In this document: one piece after another, positions 55,211 to 55,740 of the stretch
How the letters are laid out: the number at the start of each line of letters is the position of its first letter
How positions within the stretch are numbered: the first letter of the stretch is position 1
DNA from: Candidatus Thorarchaeota archaeon
Lineage (GTDB): Archaea > Asgardarchaeota > Thorarchaeia > Thorarchaeales > Thorarchaeaceae
Assembly (NCBI GenBank): GCA_019894665.1
Contig: JAGXOC010000006.1
Span: 1 to 55,740 of the forward strand
Length of the DNA: 55,740 nucleotides
Direction: 5' to 3'
Made by a program: the position numbers and the translations under genes
Notes under the pieces: generated by a model
What the model was told of the DNA's origin: nothing
Databases searched by the model: none
What the model saw: the letters and a program-made list of their open reading frames with translations, nothing else

Positions 55211-55740
55211 TAACCCCCGAACAACTTGAAGGACCACAGAAAGTGACATGGTGTACTGGATGTGGAAACTTTGGTATCCTCGCAGCTCTCAAGAAAGTAG
55301 TTATTGAACTGGATATCCCAGTTCATAATCTAGTGATCTCATCAGGTATCGGCTGCTCCAGTAAGATTCCCCATTACATTGGAGGACTGAACAGTTTTCA
55401 TACGCTTCACGGACGACCAATTCCTGTTGCAACTGGTATCCACATGGCAAATAAGGATCTAAAAGTAATTGTACATACAGGCGATGGCGATGGTCTTGGT
55501 GAGGGACTCAGTCACTTTGTGCATGCTGCTAGAAGGAATGTGAACCTAGCTGTGTTTATTCACAACAATGGTGTCATGGGTCTAACAAAAGGGCAGTTCT
55601 CACCTTCTGCTCCAAGAGGATATGTGTCAAACACCTCACCCCCACCACCAGGTGCTCCGATGGAGCCTACAAATCCAATCGCCCAAGCTATCACCTCTGG
55701 TGCCACATTTGCAGCCCGTGGTTTCTCTGGTGATCAGAAA
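55207..55740 (+). CDS. 2-oxoacid:ferredoxin oxidoreductase beta (TPP-binding) subunit, 3'-truncated by the window edge
   Basis: Absent from the ORF track because no stop lies in the window. The ATG overlaps the alpha stop (ATGA). Hand translation: MITPEQLEGPQKVTWCTGCGNFGIL...SSGIGCSSK...HTGDGDGLGEGLSHFVHAARRNVNLAVFIHNNGVMGLTKGQFSP.., open to nt 55740. Confidence 0.8.
   Translation, partial: MITPEQLEGPQKVTWCTGCGNFGILAALKKVVIELDIPVHNLVISSGIGCSSKIPHYIGGLNSFHTLHGRPIPVATGIHMANKDLKVIVHTGDGDGLGEGLSHFVHAARRNVNLAVFIHNNGVMGLTKGQFSPSAPRGYVSNTSPPPPGAPMEPTNPIAQAITSGATFAARGFSGDQK

Noticed and set aside
1-55740. Search by eye for CRISPR arrays, rRNA genes, transposases, IS termini and prophage genes.
   Set aside because: No regularly spaced 25-40-nt direct repeats were seen, and no recognisable transposase, integrase, capsid or cas motifs appear in any ORF. 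None is reported.

Overview
This window is an archaeal chromosomal segment, shown by a group II chaperonin (thermosome), archaeal-type PPAT and DPCK domains, the HMG-CoA synthase/thiolase/DUF35 trio, a TFIIB-type zinc ribbon, ZPR1 and GGTGA/GGAGG ribosome-binding sites. It is densely coded on both strands and mostly housekeeping. Recognisable products include UbiX, a PadR-regulated heterodimeric ABC exporter, ZPR1, tRNA-Ala(UGC), an enolase-superfamily enzyme, a membrane H+-pyrophosphatase and a WD40 protein. It also encodes an SMC/ScpA/ScpB-like set, a TauE/SafE permease, a MoxR-like ATPase with an HExxH-VWA partner, an NfnAB-like oxidoreductase, Nnr and a PPAT-DPCK fusion. The remainder includes two metallophosphoesterases, the mevalonate-entry operon, a ThiS/MoaD-like GG protein, an AsnB-like enzyme, TrxB, the thermosome and a two-subunit 2-oxoacid:ferredoxin oxidoreductase whose beta subunit runs off the 3' edge. 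I saw no CRISPR array, transposase, integrase or rRNA. The lineage cannot be fixed from this window; an Asgard- or TACK-like archaeon is only a guess.

The candidates most worth follow-up are:
- A translationally coupled operon encoding a Walker A/B-dead AAA+ protein, a divergent SMC with SMC5/6-like hallmark residues, and a kleisin.
- Three tandem paralogous micro-ORFs (32-36 aa, below the ORF-track cutoff) behind a strong TATA box. They are coupled to an MFS exporter and interrupted by a long hairpin carrying phased GTGGTCA repeats.
- A family of roughly 110-nt palindromic structured repeats that bracket two surface or membrane genes.
- An ABC exporter subunit with a chaperonin-like Gly-Met(-His) tail and a duplicated 23-aa module.
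- An AsnB-like adenylating enzyme that lacks its Cys nucleophile and sits next to a GG-terminated beta-grasp protein.

All family assignments come from motif recognition by eye and need HMM or structure confirmation.
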